A DNA stretch of 61,490 nucleotides, counting the filler. It is 3 parts of 3 records of this genome, joined end to end, with 100 filler letters (N's around TTAATTAATTAA, not from the genome) between each part and the next. Parts side by side here need not be neighbours in the genome. Positions count along the whole stretch, not along the records: positions 54,388 to 61,490 come from SRR22947725_575; 2 more parts are not named here. One strand, 5' to 3'. Under the pieces are notes generated by a model. It was not told the DNA's origin, ran no database searches, and worked only from the letters and a program-made list of their open reading frames with translations. How positions within the stretch are numbered: position 1 is the first letter of the stretch; every line of letters starts with the position of its first letter. Of this stretch, positions 58,408 through 61,490 are shown piece by piece. A program made the translations under genes and the position numbers.

Positions 58408-58808
58408 TAAATTTTTCTTTTTTTTATGATTTTTAAAAATTCTTTGTAATTCTCAATATAATCTTTAAATTCGTATTCCATATCACATGCTACTAAAAGA
58501 ATTGCATTTTTTGTAAGAAATTTAATTTTACACCATGTTTCGGGTTTTAAAAGATAACCTTCTCTTTTCGAAAAGTCTAATAAAACTGATCCTTCTTTTT
58601 TTTTTGAAACATAATCTACCCTTATTTTGCCTAAAATTGGGAATAAAAACTGTGAGCATTTTTTATGCGCATGATCACCTCTAATAAAGTTTTTTTTTCC
58701 ATTTATTATAAAAATTCTTTTTACATTAATTGGAAAATTTTTTTTAAGAGAAAAAGGAACTAAGGTTCCACTTCTTTTTTTATAGACTTTAAATTTTATT
58801 TTTCTCAT
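58407..58808 (-). CDS. FdtA/QdtA-like cupin, NDP-4-keto-6-deoxyhexose 3,4-isomerase
   Basis: KRIFII, RGDHAHKKC.QF, ILLVAC..Y..DYIENY; start at ATG 58808 or 58826. Confidence 0.85.
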   Translation of the reverse strand: MRKIKFKVYKKRSGTLVPFSLKKNFPINVKRIFIINGKKNFIRGDHAHKKCSQFLFPILGKIRVDYVSKKKEGSVLLDFSKREGYLLKPETWCKIKFLTKNAILLVACDMEYEFKDYIENYKEFLKIIKKRKI

Positions 58809-59607
58809 AATTTTTGTATATATCACAATATACTACAGGCCACTCCAATACTTTTGTATACTTTTTGAACCAATAAGGAAGAAACCTCTCAGCTAAAAAA
58901 GTGTACATTCTTATTTTATTATATCCTTTTAGATCAAATCCAAAAATGGATTCACAATTATTCAACCAATCGAATACTTCTGAAAAATAAGAGTCAATTA
59001 TACGAGATGATTTACTGATAAACATATTGCCTTGATTGAATTGATGATTATTTCTTACATAATCATTAAAATCTTGTTGATCTTTTTCTGGTAATAATTT
59101 TATAGCTTTATCTAGGGCTCCGTTTCCATGGTAGATATCAAACTGAAATCTTATACTAAATTTTGAATTGAATACTTCTTTGTAATTTCTCAACATGGCA
59201 ATTTTACCGTGCTTAAAAAGTTTTACCCAACTTGGTCTATTCAAAACAGTGAGCTCACCAATTATTGCATCATAATTATCCCATTCTTTTGGTAAATCTT
59301 TTAATAAAGAATTTATAGAATTTTTATTTTTAATATTTTTATGTTCACCCCATAATTCTCTATAAGAGCAAAAACCAACCCAATCATCTTTTTCTTTATC
59401 TTTAAGTAAATTTTTCCAATACCAATAATAAAATGTATATTCTCCATAATAAGGATTTTTTTCTGATATATTATTTAACGTATTATCTAGAAGCCAGTCT
59501 TTAGAAAAATTTTTATTTTTTAAACCTACTGGAATATAATTAAGTTTTTTTACCACATCTAAATAATAATCCTCTAAACACATGCAGTATATTTTTAAAT
59601 TACTCAT
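58789..59607 (-). CDS. DUF4422-family protein (glycosyltransferase-like)
   Basis: DNTLNNISEKNPYYGEYT..YW.WKN, GFCSYR, NMFI, R...FLAER. Confidence 0.82.
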   Translation of the reverse strand: MSNLKIYCMCLEDYYLDVVKKLNYIPVGLKNKNFSKDWLLDNTLNNISEKNPYYGEYTFYYWYWKNLLKDKEKDDWVGFCSYRELWGEHKNIKNKNSINSLLKDLPKEWDNYDAIIGELTVLNRPSWVKLFKHGKIAMLRNYKEVFNSKFSIRFQFDIYHGNGALDKAIKLLPEKDQQDFNDYVRNNHQFNQGNMFISKSSRIIDSYFSEVFDWLNNCESIFGFDLKGYNKIRMYTFLAERFLPYWFKKYTKVLEWPVVYCDIYKNYEKNKI

Positions 59608-60131
59608 TTAAGTTTTAAATAATCTTTTAATCTTATGTTATTTTTATCTTTATGAGATACTATTGGATTTTTAATCGGCCACTTTATTTTTAAATTCTTA
59701 TCGTTCCATAAAATTCCAATTTCATTCCTTTTCGATCTATAATTGGTACAATGATAAGAAATAATATTTTCTTTTTTTAAACCAACAAAACCGTGAGCAA
59801 ATCCCTCAGGTATATATATAGAAAGTCCATTTTGATCTGAAAGTTTTACAGAAAAATATTTACCAAAAGTTTTTGATTTTTTTCTTAAGTCAACCGCTAC
59901 ATCAAATATTTCACCTTTAAGAACGCTTAAGTATTTTCCTTGAGAAAATTTTTTTTGTAAATGCAAACCTCTTAGAACTTTTCTTTTTGAAGACGAAACA
60001 CATGTAAATACAAATTTTTTTTTAGATAGAAATTTTTTTTTGAAAACTTCTCTAAAGAAACCTCTTTTGTCTTTATGCACCTGAGAAAAGAATAATTTAA
60101 GATCTTTAAATTTTGTTGATTTTAGCTTCAT
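59604..60131 (-). CDS. rmlC: dTDP-4-dehydrorhamnose 3,5-epimerase
   Basis: DKRGFFRE, VLRGLHLQ, DVAVDLRK.SKTFG, IPEGFAHGF, WND...KWP. Confidence 0.94.
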   Translation of the reverse strand: MKLKSTKFKDLKLFFSQVHKDKRGFFREVFKKKFLSKKKFVFTCVSSSKRKVLRGLHLQKKFSQGKYLSVLKGEIFDVAVDLRKKSKTFGKYFSVKLSDQNGLSIYIPEGFAHGFVGLKKENIISYHCTNYRSKRNEIGILWNDKNLKIKWPIKNPIVSHKDKNNIRLKDYLKLK

Positions 60132-60133
60132 TC

Positions 60134-60937
60134 TTAGTTTATTCTTTTAAAAAATAAATCTAAAAAACTTATGAATGAAAAATCTCTAAAGTTTTTGAAA
60201 TTTAAAAATTTTATAAAGTTATTTTTATTTTGAGAAATTAATTCATAATTATTTTCACGCATATATTTAATAAAATTTTCGTATTGAATTAAAAAAGCAT
60301 AATTTATGGTAGGGTGAATATTGACCTGTTTCATAACTATGTCTTTATCATTATTATTTGACTTATAAAATGGAGTATGTGAAAAAATTATATATTTTGA
60401 TTGAGTTTTGCTTATTTTTTTAATTATTTCCTTATAATCATTCACATAGTGAATTGAACTCCCAAAAAAAACAAAATCTAATTCTTTTTCTATTAAATTA
60501 ATGTTTTCTAAAACTGAAATATTATTAAGTTTTTTTTCTTTTATAAACTCAATAACAAATTCATTGTAAGTGGATAAATCATGGTAAATATATTCCCAAT
60601 TTTTTAAGTACCTATTTAAATAAATATAATTATCTAAATTGTTTGCTCCAAAGTCTAAAAATTTGATTTTATTGGTGTTAATAGATTGGTAGAGCGTGAG
60701 TAATTCAAGTAAGTAGGCGCAAGTACTAAATGGTCTGTAAAGAGGATTAATGTTGTTTTTTATAATTTCTATTTGATTTTTTTTATCTATCTTTGTTGGG
60801 TGGTTTGAATTTGGTAAATTTTTTAAATTTGTCTCAACAAAAAATATCTTAAATATTTTAAATATTTTTCTTGATAAAAATCGTGGTAAAATGTCAAAAT
60901 ATTTAGATCCTAAAAATTTGTCTAAAATTTTATACAT
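60134..60937 (-). CDS. Putative SAM-dependent methyltransferase (TIGR04325-like)
   Basis: FLDFGA motif I variant, DFVFFGSSIHYV; sugar-cluster context. Confidence 0.6.
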   Translation of the reverse strand: MYKILDKFLGSKYFDILPRFLSRKIFKIFKIFFVETNLKNLPNSNHPTKIDKKNQIEIIKNNINPLYRPFSTCAYLLELLTLYQSINTNKIKFLDFGANNLDNYIYLNRYLKNWEYIYHDLSTYNEFVIEFIKEKKLNNISVLENINLIEKELDFVFFGSSIHYVNDYKEIIKKISKTQSKYIIFSHTPFYKSNNNDKDIVMKQVNIHPTINYAFLIQYENFIKYMRENNYELISQNKNNFIKFLNFKNFRDFSFISFLDLFFKRIN

Positions 60938-60942
60938 ATATT

Positions 60943-61490
60943 TTAAATCAAATTTTTAAGGTAATTTGAGTAATTGCAACTACCATAAAATTTGATTGCT
61001 TTTAAAATATCTGATTTTTTTATCCAGCCTTTTGAAAAAGCGATCTCCTCAAGACAAGCAATTTTAAGTCCTTGCCTGTTTTCTATTGTTGAAACAAAGT
61101 TTGAGGCATCGTAAAAATCGTTAATACTACCGGTATCTAACCAAGAACCTCCTCTTCCTATAAATTCTGCTTTTAATTTATTTTTTCTTTTGTAAAATTT
61201 TAGCAAATCAATAATTTCTAACTCACCTCTTTTTGAGGGCTTAAGTCTTTTTGTTAAATCAACAACTTTGTTATCGAAAAAATAAAGCCCAGTGACAGCT
61301 AGGTTAGACTTAGAATTTTTTGGTTTTTCGTTTAAATTTAATACTTTTTTGTTTTTACCTAAAGTAGCTACGCCATATAGACTAGGATTTTTAACAGGGT
61401 GAATAAAAATTTTTGCACCATTTTTCAAAGATATATTTTTTTTTAAAATTTGAGTCAAACTTTGACCATAAAAAAAATTATCACCAAGTA
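60943..61490 (-). CDS. rmlA: Glucose-1-phosphate thymidylyltransferase (5' truncated by window)
   Basis: Frame open to window end: LGDNFFYG, EKP..SKSNLAVTGLYFFD, RGELEI, WLDTG, RQGLKIACLEEIA. Confidence 0.95.
   Translation of the reverse strand, partial: LGDNFFYGQSLTQILKKNISLKNGAKIFIHPVKNPSLYGVATLGKNKKVLNLNEKPKNSKSNLAVTGLYFFDNKVVDLTKRLKPSKRGELEIIDLLKFYKRKNKLKAEFIGRGGSWLDTGSINDFYDASNFVSTIENRQGLKIACLEEIAFSKGWIKKSDILKAIKFYGSCNYSNYLKNLI

Noticed and set aside
55585-61490. Poly-A/T tracts of 8-10 nt in glycan genes as contingency loci
   Set aside because: Such tracts are ubiquitous in this AT-rich, Lys/Phe-rich DNA, and all frames are intact.
1-61490. CRISPR arrays, integrases, transposases, prophage or defence genes
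   Set aside because: No regularly spaced repeats or diagnostic protein motifs were seen by eye.

Overview
The window is not one continuous locus. It is three contigs joined by artificial 100-nt spacers (44 N + TTAATTAATTAA + 44 N at 31269-31368 and 54288-54387). Contig 1 (1-31268) is a streamlined, AT-rich alphaproteobacterial core region, Pelagibacterales (SAR11)-like. It carries the fusA 3' end joined directly to the S10/spc/alpha ribosomal operons (no tuf, no rpmD), then an ORFan, crcB, an RluA-family gene, lipB, mgtE, panC, galU-ugd-clpS-clpA, ridA, topA, plsY, an inactive-type pyrC', pyrB, yqgF and gatCAB (gatB truncated). Contig 2 (31369-54287) looks like a low-GC marine Flavobacteriia contig and is the most interesting part. 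It holds an ~18 kb divergent 'lipid utilisation locus': a SusD-less TonB-dependent receptor with long apolar insertions, an alpha/beta hydrolase, an acyl-CoA ligase, a GPH-family MFS transporter, an EthA/AlmA-type flavin monooxygenase, an AtuC/AccD2-type carboxyltransferase, crotonases, an alkenal reductase, a thiolase, an SDR, a MaoC hydratase and a heteromeric acyl-CoA dehydrogenase pair. My inference is that it degrades methyl-branched/isoprenoid lipids. A lysine-catabolism pair and a truncated tRNA-Arg(ACG) follow. Contig 3 (54388-61490) is an NDP-sugar cassette (rmlA, rmlC, FdtA-like isomerase, C3-methyltransferase, aminotransferase, reductases) that probably makes a methyl-branched amino-deoxysugar for a surface glycan. 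No CRISPR array, integrase, transposase or rRNA was seen. All family and taxon calls come from recognised motifs, not database searches.
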